This document shows, one piece after another, positions 44,047-54,422 of a stretch of 64,000 bases of DNA (position 1 is its first letter; each line of letters starts with the position of its first letter). The position numbers and the translations under genes are program-made. Origin of the DNA: a virus. Under the pieces are notes generated by a model, which was not told the DNA's origin, did no database searches, and saw only the letters and a program-made list of their open reading frames with translations. The stretch covers positions 96,001 through 160,000 of the IMG/VR virus record IMGVR_UViG_3300028800_000060. One strand, 5' to 3'.

Positions 44047-44370
44047 ATGATGAAACGGAAACCCAAGGAAGAAAAGCGTTTTGTGGCATTGGCCGATGCT
44101 TTATCCCTCACGGTACCACTTGCCGAAGAACTGTGTCGGGCTGCTGAAAAAACGTGGGCACTCATTGGTCCCGATTGCCTCAATGCCTGTGATGGTCGTA
44201 TGAGCCGGGATGAAGTAGTTGAAGTGGTGATGGATGCCGATCATATCCGGACAAACACTCGGAATCTTTCGGCTGTGCTTCATGAAGTCCTTAAGCACTG
44301 GGAATATTTTCCCATCATTGACATTCTCCTCAGGGAATTTGTGTTTGTGTATAAGTGGTACGAAATATAA
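44047..44370 (+). CDS. hypothetical protein
   Basis: 107 aa with AAGGAG RBS; one of ~10 small co-oriented ORFs at 42.6-44.4 kb. Confidence 0.65.
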   Translation: MMKRKPKEEKRFVALADALSLTVPLAEELCRAAEKTWALIGPDCLNACDGRMSRDEVVEVVMDADHIRTNTRNLSAVLHEVLKHWEYFPIIDILLREFVFVYKWYEI

Positions 44371-44414
44371 GGAAGATGATTGACTTCCTAATTTAAACGT
44401 GCGAGAATAAGATT

Positions 44415-44801
44415 ATGAAAAACAACATTCAATTGATCCTCGATTTAGTTCGTGACCTGCCGCAATTGGAGTTAACGGGAAGCCGTTATTTCAATACCGC
44501 CACTCAATCATCGGATTGGGACTTCATGTTGGATTGCGAATTTGAGGAAAAGATTCCTGTTGACTTCGTGAAGGTTTCGGAACCCTCGTATGACGGCGAT
44601 CCGTTGATTTGTGGCGTGTATTTTTCGGCACTCAGGGATACTCACATCCAGCTTTTGAATTCCTATGACATGCCATTGAAACGGAAGGCTCAAGAGATTC
44701 TCTACGAGTCCGGCGCCTTGTGTGGTGTTTCCAAACAGCAAGCCCGCCGAATTTGGAACGCCGTCATCCGCGCGTTGTTAGTTGATACCTACACATATTG
44801 A
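44415..44801 (+). CDS. minimal nucleotidyltransferase (Pol-beta superfamily)
   Basis: LTGSRYF-x6-SDWDF (GS...DxD motif). Confidence 0.7.
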   Translation: MKNNIQLILDLVRDLPQLELTGSRYFNTATQSSDWDFMLDCEFEEKIPVDFVKVSEPSYDGDPLICGVYFSALRDTHIQLLNSYDMPLKRKAQEILYESGALCGVSKQQARRIWNAVIRALLVDTYTY

Positions 44802-44811
44802 TTCACTCCCA

Positions 44812-44853
44812 GAAGACAACTAGATCCTCTTCCATGAGGATCTGGTTGTCTTC
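44812..44853. terminator. stem-loop terminator
   Basis: GAAGACAACTAGATCCTC...GAGGATCTGGTTGTCTTC. Confidence 0.7.
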
Positions 44854-45354
44854 CAAAGTCATGTTATTATAACGATATTACTGTTGCTAAACCGATTTGA
44901 GACGTGATAATATAGAATGATATGAAGATTACCACAATGTATGGAGAAGTTATTTTTGATGACATGTGCGGACGCATGATCGGTGCAATCTGGCAAGTTG
45001 GTGAATTCGAAAACAGAGCGTATCGTGCCCGCATTTATAAGGAATTTGGTAATGGAATTTATAAATCCAAAACCAATTTATTTGAAACGAGAGAGGAAGC
45101 CTTAAAGTGGATTGCAAACAGCAATACGGAAATGTGATTATTGCAACCATTTCGGTTGCAATTTTACTCTGGTTCCTACCATTTTATGCGGGAGCGTTCC
45201 TAGTTATTCTATGCGGCGCATACGCCGTCTATTGTGTGAGCCGAGGAAAATAAACCGCAAATCTTTTTAAGGGATCTATTAGGGCATATTGACAACTGCC
45301 GTCTAGCATGCTAGAATTATAAATGTAGAGAGAAAGAACAACAGGAGAATTTAT

Positions 45355-45903
45355 ATGAGTTTCAAGCCTATTGAAGGACACACCTCGCTTTTTCGCGCCA
45401 CCGTTCTGTCGGCAGCGCAGGCCGCCACCGTCCAACGCTTCATTGAAGCCAATGGTGGTGATCCCGTGATCCGTAACAAGGATCTTCACACCATTGCCCA
45501 GACCTTGCTCGGGATGAAGTTTTGCCCGTACTTTATTGGGAAAAATGATGCTCTCAAGATCAAGAACCAACCTGGAATGTATGATCTGAGCCGTGTCCGG
45601 GCGAGTACTAAGCCCGAGCCGGTGAAGAAGGTGAAGCCGGCAAAGAAGACCAAGAAGGTGAAGAATCCTGATCCCGCCGAGCCGGCTGTGACCGAACCCG
45701 AACCTGCGCCCGCGGAAACTCCCGTGACCGTGGAACCGGCAACTGCTCCGACTCCGAAGCCGGCAAAGAAGACCAAGAAGGCCGGCAAGGCGAAGCCGAA
45801 GAAGGAAGCGAAGGCGAAGAAGGAAGCAAAGACTTCCACCGAGGAAGTAACACCTGAAGTTCCTGTTGAAATGGTTGTGGGCGAGGACGAGCCCAGTTTG
45901 TAA
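45355..45903 (+). CDS. putative DNA-binding protein: ~85-aa globular domain plus histone-H1-like K/A/P tail (paralogue of 55597-56067)
   Basis: TTGACA/TAGAAT promoter, AGGAG RBS; KPAKKTKK repeats; GC-rich codons. Confidence 0.7.
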   Translation: MSFKPIEGHTSLFRATVLSAAQAATVQRFIEANGGDPVIRNKDLHTIAQTLLGMKFCPYFIGKNDALKIKNQPGMYDLSRVRASTKPEPVKKVKPAKKTKKVKNPDPAEPAVTEPEPAPAETPVTVEPATAPTPKPAKKTKKAGKAKPKKEAKAKKEAKTSTEEVTPEVPVEMVVGEDEPSL

Positions 45904-47295
45904 TATAACCAACGCCGTGAGGGCCACCAATTGGTGTGGCCCTCCTCTCGGTAAGAAATGAAGTCTTTGTCCAAGGCCACATTATTATAACGCTTTCCGC
46001 ATTTTCTTATTGAGTTCCTAATTCAATTCGACTATCATTGAAATATGACGCCCTTAGAACAAACTCAAAAAGAGATTACCCTCGCTGTTAAGATCTTGGA
46101 TCTCTTGATAAAGAACACCGAATACTACGGGTCTTACCGGCTTCGTCGGGCTCGCCGCAGCCTTTTGGAGAGAAACAATATGACGGCGCATATGAGTTAT
46201 CCTAAAGCCGATCCCGAAATCGTCCCCACCGAAGGCAAGTCGGGTTTCAAGTACGTTACTCCCGTTAGCATTTGCATCCATTCCCGTATGGCAACCGGGG
46301 GCCGGGGCGGCCTGCGAATGGTTACCCGCTAAGGAGAAAAAATGCCCAAGTTTTTCTATAATTGGTTATGCTCGCTTTCTGACGAACAAGCCGTCGAAAT
46401 GTGGGAATACTTCGACGAATCATTCACCAACTGCGAAGATGTTGTGGCACACATTTGCATCTCGCATCCGGAAGTATATACTGCATTGTGCTTCGATCCG
46501 GATGACCTGAATCCGAAAGTTGAAATCCCGAGGTCATAAAATGGCAGCAACTAATAAACGCACAAAGAAATCCAAAAAGTCCGAGGAGAAGGTTTTTGTT
46601 ACCGACCTTCTACATCCGGAACGTTTCGATGTAGTGGAAATTTCAGGAACAAACCCCGAAAAGATTGTTGGTTCTGCAACCAACCAATCAGGTGTTTACG
46701 CGTTACGCGACCAATTGCAAGCTGAATTGGATGCCAAGGAAGTTCCACCCGCTGTCAAACGATTCGCTGTGAGGTTTTAAAAATGGACGCCCAAATCCGC
46801 CAAGAATTGTTGTACGCGATCGGTCAAATTCGGGAACTACTGTTAGTGACCAGCAAGGAACTCGAAGATGAATATATGGTCGAGGCTGTCGAAAAAACCT
46901 TCGACCTACTGAAGGATACAGTTCAACGAGCCATAAATATTTGGAATGAGGAACACAATGACGACATTTAAACTCGTTCCAGTAGGTGAAAAACCTTTTC
47001 GTATCGGGCAATATCAGCCGGCACCCACAACAGGAAGTTATTTTTCGGGTCATTACAATCTGGATATGTGTGATAGCCCATCTTCCAACAATCGGTACAC
47101 TCACTTCGATGTGATACAGATTGTAACCGATTCGAGGGCCCAGGCGCAAGAAATCGTCGATATCCTTAATGCCCATTACGGAAAGAAGACCGAAAGATGA
47201 CCCCCTTGGAGAGACAAATCTCTCCAAGGGCATCATTATTATAAATAACACCACGAGATTGGTTCGCCAACTCGACAGACACTAAGGAGAACACA

Positions 47296-47616
47296 ATGAA
47301 GAAGCTATTAGCTGTATTGATCTTGGCAGCAGGAACTATGTTCGCACAATTTTCAGTTGGTATTCACATTGGCCCGATGCCAAGAGTACGTATTGAACAC
47401 CAATCACGTCGTCCGAATGTCCGTTCCATTTGGATCGCAGGACATTGGGATGTAGTCAACAACCATTATGTCTGGCATTCAGGCTATTGGACCCAACCAC
47501 CATATGAAGGCGCACGTTGGATCGCTCCGTCACATGATGGTAAAATGTACCACGATGGTCATTGGGATGGCGACAAAGGCCGCAGAGAAGATGACCACGG
47601 CAAACATCGTCACTAA
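47296..47616 (+). CDS. secreted YXWGXW/WXXGXW-repeat protein
   Basis: Signal peptide; WIAGHW, YVWHSGYW, YHDGHW. Confidence 0.85.
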   Translation: MKKLLAVLILAAGTMFAQFSVGIHIGPMPRVRIEHQSRRPNVRSIWIAGHWDVVNNHYVWHSGYWTQPPYEGARWIAPSHDGKMYHDGHWDGDKGRREDDHGKHRH

Positions 47617-47628
47617 AGGAGAAATAAA

Positions 47629-47778
47629 ATGTTACTACTATTGATTCTGCTTTTGTTGTTATTCGGTTGTGGTGGTGGATACTACGGCTACAATCGTTAC
47701 GGATGGGGCGGCGGCACCGGCATGGGACTCGGCACAGTTCTGCTTATTGTCGTAATCTTCGCTCTGTTCTTTAGGTAA
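47629..47778 (+). CDS. small Gly-rich two-TM membrane protein (DUF3309-like)
   Basis: Manual ORF MLLLLILLLLLFGCGGGYYGYNRYGWGGGTGMGLGTVLLIVVIFALFFR; AAGGAG RBS. Confidence 0.75.
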   Translation: MLLLLILLLLLFGCGGGYYGYNRYGWGGGTGMGLGTVLLIVVIFALFFR

Positions 47779-47891
47779 GTGCTTGGCAGTTTGTTGTTTG
47801 TGATGTGCATTCTTGGAGATGACCCCTTGGAGAGACAAATCTCTCCAAGGGCAATGTTATTATAAATAACACCAGGGAGGAGGTGAAACTA

Positions 47892-47966
47892 ATGTTAGAT
47901 TTCTTTTTGGAAATATTGGGTTTTAGGCCTGCAATGGGTATGGATGCCGGTAGTTTCGAAGAATAA
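47892..47966 (+). CDS. 24-aa peptide
   Basis: Manual ORF MLDFFLEILGFRPAMGMDAGSFEE with GGAGGTGA RBS, own late promoter and terminator. Confidence 0.6.
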   Translation: MLDFFLEILGFRPAMGMDAGSFEE

Positions 47967-47970
47967 ACAC

Positions 47971-47999
47971 AAAAGCCCCGTTATCATAACGGGGCTTTT
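47971..47999. terminator. bidirectional terminator containing a GTTATCATAAC palindrome
   Basis: AAAAGCCCCGTTATCATAACGGGGCTTTT. Confidence 0.8.
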
Positions 48000-49229
48000 T
48001 TCGTCTCCATTCAAATGGTTCCTTTCTGACATGAATAGTATCACTTGATTCGGCGAGTGTGTGGAAACGTCTTGGAATGACTTGTTTTTCTTGTTGACAG
48101 CGCAATAAGATAGATGATATGATTTTGAATATGCGAAATCAACAGCGAAACATTCTACTCCGTATTATCCACGAATACGTGGGCATATCGTATGACCAAT
48201 TGTCCCGCTTGGAAAAGAATGTGTTAAGCCTTGCTGCCACCGGTACTTCCGTGGTGATCACTCTCGATGAATTTGGCGAAATCAATCTGCCGGCTGAAGT
48301 AGCGGAGCTCTTACTCATTTGAGGAACAAATGAATACCGATAAATGCGCGAAGGAATCCGGAGGATGTGGGAAACCGGTAGAGAAATGTAAATGTTGGTC
48401 AACATTACATCATCCGTGGGACTGTGGATGCCATCGGTGTTTATCCGCGGCGCAACGGTGGCAAACGCCCAAAAAGAGGAATAAATGACCGCGCGTGAAA
48501 TGCAGGGGGCTATCGGACAACAGGTTTATCTTCGCGATGGAGATGGATGTTGTTCCTTATTGTTCCTATGCACGGTCGTAGATGTAAAAACCGGTTGGGG
48601 GAAGCCAAGGTTTCTCGTAACACCCGTATCTGGTAAAGGAGAAAGATGGGTTGAATTTTCGAGTATTGAACCCGTCAAATCGGAGATTTCATATCAATCA
48701 AATGCGGAAGTAACCGTAAATAAAACAACGGCCCGATTGACACCGAGCGTCACTTGTGTTAGTATTAAAAAGTTATGAGACTGAAAGACGAGAAATCTTC
48801 CGCCGTGATCGCCGCATATACGGTGGGAACACCCATCCAAAAGATCTACGCCAACCATCGTGTAGGACACGAGGAGATGTACAAGATGTTGCGCAAGAGA
48901 AGTATTCCTCTCCGTGAACTGCACAAAGGTGCTTGTGCGGCGCGCCAGTCAAATAAGATGTCTTGCCGGATTCTTTATTTGCCTGTGGGAGATCCATCTC
49001 CACAGGGAATTATCGATGGAATGACCAAACTGGGTTCCGTAGTAGAATACCGAGTCAGGAACTAGCCATGAAACTAACACGGCAACAGATTGATTTATTT
49101 GTCGAAGAATTGCGACGGACTGCCTCCTCTTGGGAACGGTACGGTAATACGGATAACACCGATCGTGATATCCGGGAAGATTTACAAGTAATTGCCCGAA
49201 ACTGTAACGCGTCTTAAAAGGAAAAGAAA

Positions 49230-49574
49230 ATGACCTGCCAATATCGATATTACGGACCTGGTCAAGGTCCGTCCGAGAATTCGCGCACATGTGGCATGCC
49301 TTGTGGAGAAAAGTATTGTTCGGCGCATGCACACACCTACCATTCATCCGCGGCACAGGCTCGTCAGGAGTTTTACGTGCATCCGACGTGTGCAGGCCTG
49401 GAAGCTCTCGACGACAAGGACGTATTCGATGAGTTGGTGCTGGCCAATACCTACCCTCAAGACTGCCCGGACTGCGGCACTCCGATGGTGTGCGTAGCAG
49501 TGGGGTCGTCTACTACGACCTGGGAGTGCCAGCAATGTCACCCCGGGTTTACGGAAGCAAGTTTGACAATGTAA
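49230..49574 (+). CDS. Zn-finger protein
   Basis: C..C..C..H and CPDCG...WECQQC. Confidence 0.6.
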   Translation: MTCQYRYYGPGQGPSENSRTCGMPCGEKYCSAHAHTYHSSAAQARQEFYVHPTCAGLEALDDKDVFDELVLANTYPQDCPDCGTPMVCVAVGSSTTTWECQQCHPGFTEASLTM

Positions 49575-49831
49575 CGCAAATTAAAGGAAAAGAAAATGAC
49601 ACAAAATACTCCTGCAAAGGAACTAAAGACGCCGGCGGCCCATATCCCCGGGAAGGCCGATTACCGAATCGATCAAATCCGCCGGTATATGCGGCGGCAT
49701 GCCGGCTTCGCGGTTTTCATCAATGAAACCGTTGAAGTTAAAATGTTGCTAGCTGATGTTTTCGCCGGGGGATTGACCCGGGCGGAAATCAAGCAGTTTT
49801 TCAACAATGCCAGAAAGGTAGGAATGAACCA

Positions 49832-50440
49832 GTGACATTAGAACAATTGCAACAAAGATTCCCTGATGCCACTGAGGACACATGGTATCAGCACTCCAAT
49901 GGGGGTGGATGGATCCAGAATACGGCACGCGTGGAAACATCGGTGTATGTGGGTCCGGATGCTACGGTATCCGGAAATGCCCGGGTATCCGGAAATACCT
50001 GGGTATCCGGAAACGCCCAGGTATTCGGAAATGCCTTTGTATCCGGAAACGCCCAGGTAACCGGAGATGCCCAGGTGTTTGGAAATGCCCGGGTATCCGG
50101 AGATGCCTGGGTATCCGGAAACGCCCAGGTAACCGGAGATGCCCTGGTATCCGGAAACGCCCAGGTATCCAGAAATGCCCGGGTGTTTGGAAATGCCCAG
50201 GTATCCGGAAATACCTGGGTATCCGGAGATTCATGGGAAACTTCACCCCTTCAGATCCAAGGCACTCGACATTTCCTCAATATGACAACCAAGTCTCTAT
50301 TGAAAATTGGATGCCATTCACATACCATCCAATGGTGGTTGAATAATTATAGGATCATTGGACAAAAAGAAGGATATACTCCGGATCAAATAAAGGAGTA
50401 CAAAAAGTATATTGATCTCTTTAAATCATTGTATATTTGA
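49832..50440 (+). CDS. hexapeptide-repeat protein, paralogue 4, with extra C-terminal domain
   Basis: Head plus repeats plus SPLQIQGTRH...IGCHSHTIQWWL...QIKEY domain. Confidence 0.85.
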   Translation: MTLEQLQQRFPDATEDTWYQHSNGGGWIQNTARVETSVYVGPDATVSGNARVSGNTWVSGNAQVFGNAFVSGNAQVTGDAQVFGNARVSGDAWVSGNAQVTGDALVSGNAQVSRNARVFGNAQVSGNTWVSGDSWETSPLQIQGTRHFLNMTTKSLLKIGCHSHTIQWWLNNYRIIGQKEGYTPDQIKEYKKYIDLFKSLYI

Positions 50441-51334
50441 TCCGCATTTTGTTGTTGCGGCTAGTTTTATACTCTGCTATCATCAAAATATGAAAAAGCA
50501 GACTGTTCGAAACGACTTTGCCGTGAAGCACGCCGCTTGCTTTACTACATTTTCCACGTCGCGCGCCGCGTTCGACTACAACAAAGCGATGTTAGGATCG
50601 GTGTTTATGGTCCGCACCCAGAACGGTTGGAAGAACTTTTTCTAGGATCCGAGTTCGGGGAGGCTGCCGCGCAAGGTGTTGCCGTTGCTATGACGCCAAC
50701 CGAGGTCCCGACAGCCTCCTCCGAAGGTAACCCAAAATGCAAACTGAATACGATTTGACGGCAGTAGCTTCTCAATGTAAAATCAAAGGCATTCCGCGGG
50801 CAATTGCACAGTATTCGCATCCCGGAGATGCTTTCCTTTTTCTGGTCCTTATCGAACAGGACCACAACTTCGTTATATGGACATATAATGCTCAGGTTAC
50901 TGGTTTTTCCGATGGGCATTATTTTCATTTCTACCCCGACATTTTCTTTGGCAGGCCGGATCGTCGGCATGCATTCTCGGAAGCACTGGCGTGCTACAAA
51001 TATCGACTCGGGCTTTATTGCCACTAAAGGAGTAAAATGACAGCACAACAATCCAGGAAGCTCACACTCGGGACCGTCGTGTCACTGACGAGTACTTTCG
51101 AACTGAAGAAACCACAACGCCATAGTGCAATGGTGGTTGCATTGAATGAGCGGGAACATTGGGACCCGTTGGTGACTGTCCGTGTCCGGGATGGACGTAT
51201 TTTGGACTTCGACGCTCACTGGGTCCACACGGACGAGACAATCAAGGACCTCCTTCTTCGAGGATGGCGCAAACAAATTACATCAATGGAAGAGGATCAA
51301 ATCCGTTTCATTCTCCGAGAGGAGGATATGTAAA

Positions 51335-51484
51335 ATGGAAAACTACAACATTTTGGATTACTACGAGTCTGATTACGATGGTTGGGATGAAGAAGACGAG
51401 TTTGATATCTTCGAGGACTCCTACGGAGGTTACTCCGGTCTCCCAATCATCGATGACGATGACGATGACGATGAGTGGTTCTAA
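51335..51484 (+). CDS. 49-aa highly acidic peptide
   Basis: MENYNILDYYESDYDGWDEEDEF...IIDDDDDDDEWF; GGAGG RBS. Confidence 0.7.
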   Translation: MENYNILDYYESDYDGWDEEDEFDIFEDSYGGYSGLPIIDDDDDDDEWF

Positions 51485-51973
51485 CAATTTCCTTCTAGGA
51501 AGGTGAATCCAAATGGATAATCAAGTTACCACTCTATACCTGAATCAGCACGATAACCAATACTACCTCTCCACGAAAGATTCTTATGGACCCACTTATT
51601 TTCGTGAGGGATCAAAAGTATTGTGGACCGGTGGTCCCACATGGTTTAAATCGGAGGCAGAGGCCCTTCGGGCAGTTTACAATAGTCCCGGTACTTTCAT
51701 CGTGAAGCCGGGACGCCTCTAGGCGCGCATAAAACCAAAATAATCCAAAATACCGATTCATACCATTCAAAATAAAGGCATAGGAAGGGAAAGATTCCAT
51801 ATAAAGGAACCTTTCCTATTCCATGGACTCGTTATTATAAGTGGCCCATGAGTCTCACCATTCAATCGATTCCTTAAGTGATATCGTAGTATCATTTTCT
51901 TTTGGCAACGAGCTTGGATCGTCTGGGAATGCTCTTGACATTCATAGTATGATTTGATATCATTGATAATGAT

Positions 51974-52333
51974 ATGACACTAGAACAATTGCAACAAAAA
52001 TTCCCTCATGCCACTGAGGACACATGGCATCAACACACCAACGGATCCGGTTGGATCCAGAATACAGCACAGGTGGCATCATCGGTGTACGTGGGTGAGG
52101 ATGCTCTGGTATACGAGAATGCCTCAGTATCTGGATTTGCCACGGTGACCGGAAACGCCCGGATATATGGAAACGCCGGCATCTCTGGAAACGCCCTTGT
52201 ATACGGAAATGCCCGCGTTTTTGGTCATGCTCGGGTATCCGAAGATACTTGGATGGCCGGAGATGTCGAGGTATCTGGAACTGCCACAGTATCCGGAAAT
52301 TCTCAGGTATTTGGAAATGTTCGTTTGTGTTAA
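51974..52333 (+). CDS. hexapeptide-repeat protein, paralogue 5
   Basis: Same head and repeats; TTGACA promoter at 51935. Confidence 0.85.
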   Translation: MTLEQLQQKFPHATEDTWHQHTNGSGWIQNTAQVASSVYVGEDALVYENASVSGFATVTGNARIYGNAGISGNALVYGNARVFGHARVSEDTWMAGDVEVSGTATVSGNSQVFGNVRLC

Positions 52334-52347
52334 TAGGGATATAGTAT

Positions 52348-52839
52348 ATGACACTACAACAATTGCAACAAAAATTCCCTGATGCCACTGAGGACACATG
52401 GCATCAGCACACCAACGGATCCGGTTGGATCAAGAATACGGCATATGTGGAACCATCGGTGTATGTGGGTCCGGAGGCTACGGTATCCGGAGATGCCTGG
52501 GTATCCGGAAAGGCGCGCATCTATGGTAATGCCCAAATATTTGGTAATGCCTGGATATGCGGAAATGTTTGGGTATACGACGTTGCCTGGGTATACGAAG
52601 ATGCCTTTTTGTGCGGAGATGCCCAGGTGTCCGGAACTGCCTCGGTATTTGGCTATGCCTGGATCTATGATAATGCCTGGGTATCCGAAAATGCCCAAAT
52701 ATTCGGAAAAGCTCAGATATACCAGAATGCCGGCGTGTCCGGACACGCATGCGTTTGTGATAACGCTCAGGTATTCGGAAATGCATTCGTATCCGGATAC
52801 GCCCATATGTGCGGAGATGCCTTTGTGTGTGGAATATAA
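52348..52839 (+). CDS. hexapeptide-repeat protein, paralogue 6
   Basis: Same head and repeats. Confidence 0.85.
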   Translation: MTLQQLQQKFPDATEDTWHQHTNGSGWIKNTAYVEPSVYVGPEATVSGDAWVSGKARIYGNAQIFGNAWICGNVWVYDVAWVYEDAFLCGDAQVSGTASVFGYAWIYDNAWVSENAQIFGKAQIYQNAGVSGHACVCDNAQVFGNAFVSGYAHMCGDAFVCGI

Positions 52840-52889
52840 TAATGCGTTCTTGACATCCTTATTCTGATTTATTATCATTGTTGACATAT

Positions 52890-53306
52890 ATGACACTTGA
52901 TATTGATGTTAAGAAGTACAAGGATGAAATCACGGTCAACGACCTAGTGATCCGGCTCTCCAATATACCCGAAGATCATCCGGAGGATATGCAATATCTC
53001 CGTGATGAGAACAGCCGTGCCTGGGAAACGGTCGAACGCCATGACCAGTCAAACCGCAAAAAGGACCTCGTCATTCGTGAAATGCAGAACGAACTTGATC
53101 AACTCCGGCTCGCTCAGTCCGTCCCGGGTCCGACCGGTCCGACCGTGATCGAATGGCTCAAGAATGTCCAGAACGGTGAGGAGTACAAGAAGTCCGACAA
53201 GATTAACCTCATCAAGGCCGTCCGACTTCTCACCTCGATGAGTTTGAAAGATTCGAAGGACCTGGTCGACACCTATGTTCCGAGTGCCACGCTCAAGCTT
53301 CTTTAA
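52890..53306 (+). CDS. coiled-coil protein with ribosomal bL12 C-terminal-domain-like region
   Basis: DKINLIKAVRLLTSMSLKDSKDLVD matches the bL12 KI.VIK.VR..TGL.LKEAK.LV pattern. Confidence 0.75.
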   Translation: MTLDIDVKKYKDEITVNDLVIRLSNIPEDHPEDMQYLRDENSRAWETVERHDQSNRKKDLVIREMQNELDQLRLAQSVPGPTGPTVIEWLKNVQNGEEYKKSDKINLIKAVRLLTSMSLKDSKDLVDTYVPSATLKLL

Positions 53307-53318
53307 TATCCAACCAAT

Positions 53319-53352
53319 CCGGCACCGGAGAGTTGTGGCTCTCCGGTGCCGG
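53319..53352. terminator. GC-rich stem-loop
   Basis: CCGGCACCGGAGAG...CTCTCCGGTGCCGG. Confidence 0.7.
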
Positions 53353-54197
53353 GTACCATATACACTGTTATGATAACAATCTCCTCTTGACTAACCGGCC
53401 ATGGATATGTTATCATGTATTATGATCGTTAAGATGCGGCTCCATATGAAGCACGAAAAGAAACGAATATCCGAAGCCGAAAGATTGGAACAACTTCTCA
53501 AAAAGGCTTCCAAAGATGCTGCCGAGATCCTCGCTTCCGTGGATCCCAAAGCTGCATTCAACCGAAAACTGATGAATATCCTGAAGGGACGGTAATTCAT
53601 TTTGATACACATTTTATTTTGTTCTCCGTTGAATCACAAACACGACACGGATACCCTACACGTCCGATACTATCTGTCCATAGGATATCATTCGTATTAC
53701 GAGCCGAGTTATTTCCGTGCCGGACAAGGACTGTATATGTCTGCGCCGACATATTTCCTTACTAAAGAGGAAGCCCATTCAGCCGGCGCGGCAATGGATT
53801 ATGATGTCATTGACCGTGACTGCTAGATAAACGCTTGTTCATCCATAATAGTTAACTATCCAGTTAAGTAATTATGGAGTTAAACCATATGGATATGGAA
53901 TATTTCAACAATAAATGGTTTAAATTATATCGCCGTGCGTATGAGAGAGTCGGAAGGGGATGATGGAAGAAAATAGAGTGATATAGGGATGGCTAGCCTT
54001 GGATCCCGGTGTCTTATCATTAGGGCCTTTGGATCTCTATTAAGTCCTTTGGATCCCTATGCCGTTAACCCAACACTCCAACCCCTCCGGAACACCAACG
54101 GCCCCAGTGTACCACAAAGGGATCTAATAGCACGGGATCTATTAGTACATCCACATTTACCTATATTCTTCCGTATTTTTTATGCTACAATAGACTT

Positions 54198-54422
54198 ATG
54201 ATTGACACAAAGACATTCATAGCCCGTCCTGATTCGTTTGATATCACGATCGGTGAGTGGATCGGCCTCTTTGGCGCATCCTATCGGGATAATATCCTGG
54301 ATAAACCGGGAACTGAGGTTATTATGTCCCGTGCCAAGAAAACCGAGGATCCTGTTACCGCTCACAATACAGGAATCGATTGGAATTCCCTTCCGTCGGA
54401 TGAAGCCGGAGCTACGGACTAA
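54198..54422 (+). CDS. hypothetical protein
   Basis: 74 aa; TACAAT -10 box 6 nt before ATG. Confidence 0.55.
   Translation: MIDTKTFIARPDSFDITIGEWIGLFGASYRDNILDKPGTEVIMSRAKKTEDPVTAHNTGIDWNSLPSDEAGATD

Larger units (their letters stand above)
47195..47874 (+). repeat. ~58-bp direct repeat: terminator hairpin plus perfect TATAAATA late promoter
   Basis: 47195-47253 and 47817-47874: CCCTTGGAGAGACAAATCTCTCCAAGGG...TTATTATAAATAACACCA. Confidence 0.88.

Noticed and set aside
45229-45982. Long antisense ORFs opposite 45355-45903 (and 55588/55619 opposite 55597)
   Set aside because: Shadow ORFs from GC-rich, low-complexity K/A/P codons; the sense genes have expression signals and a paralogue.
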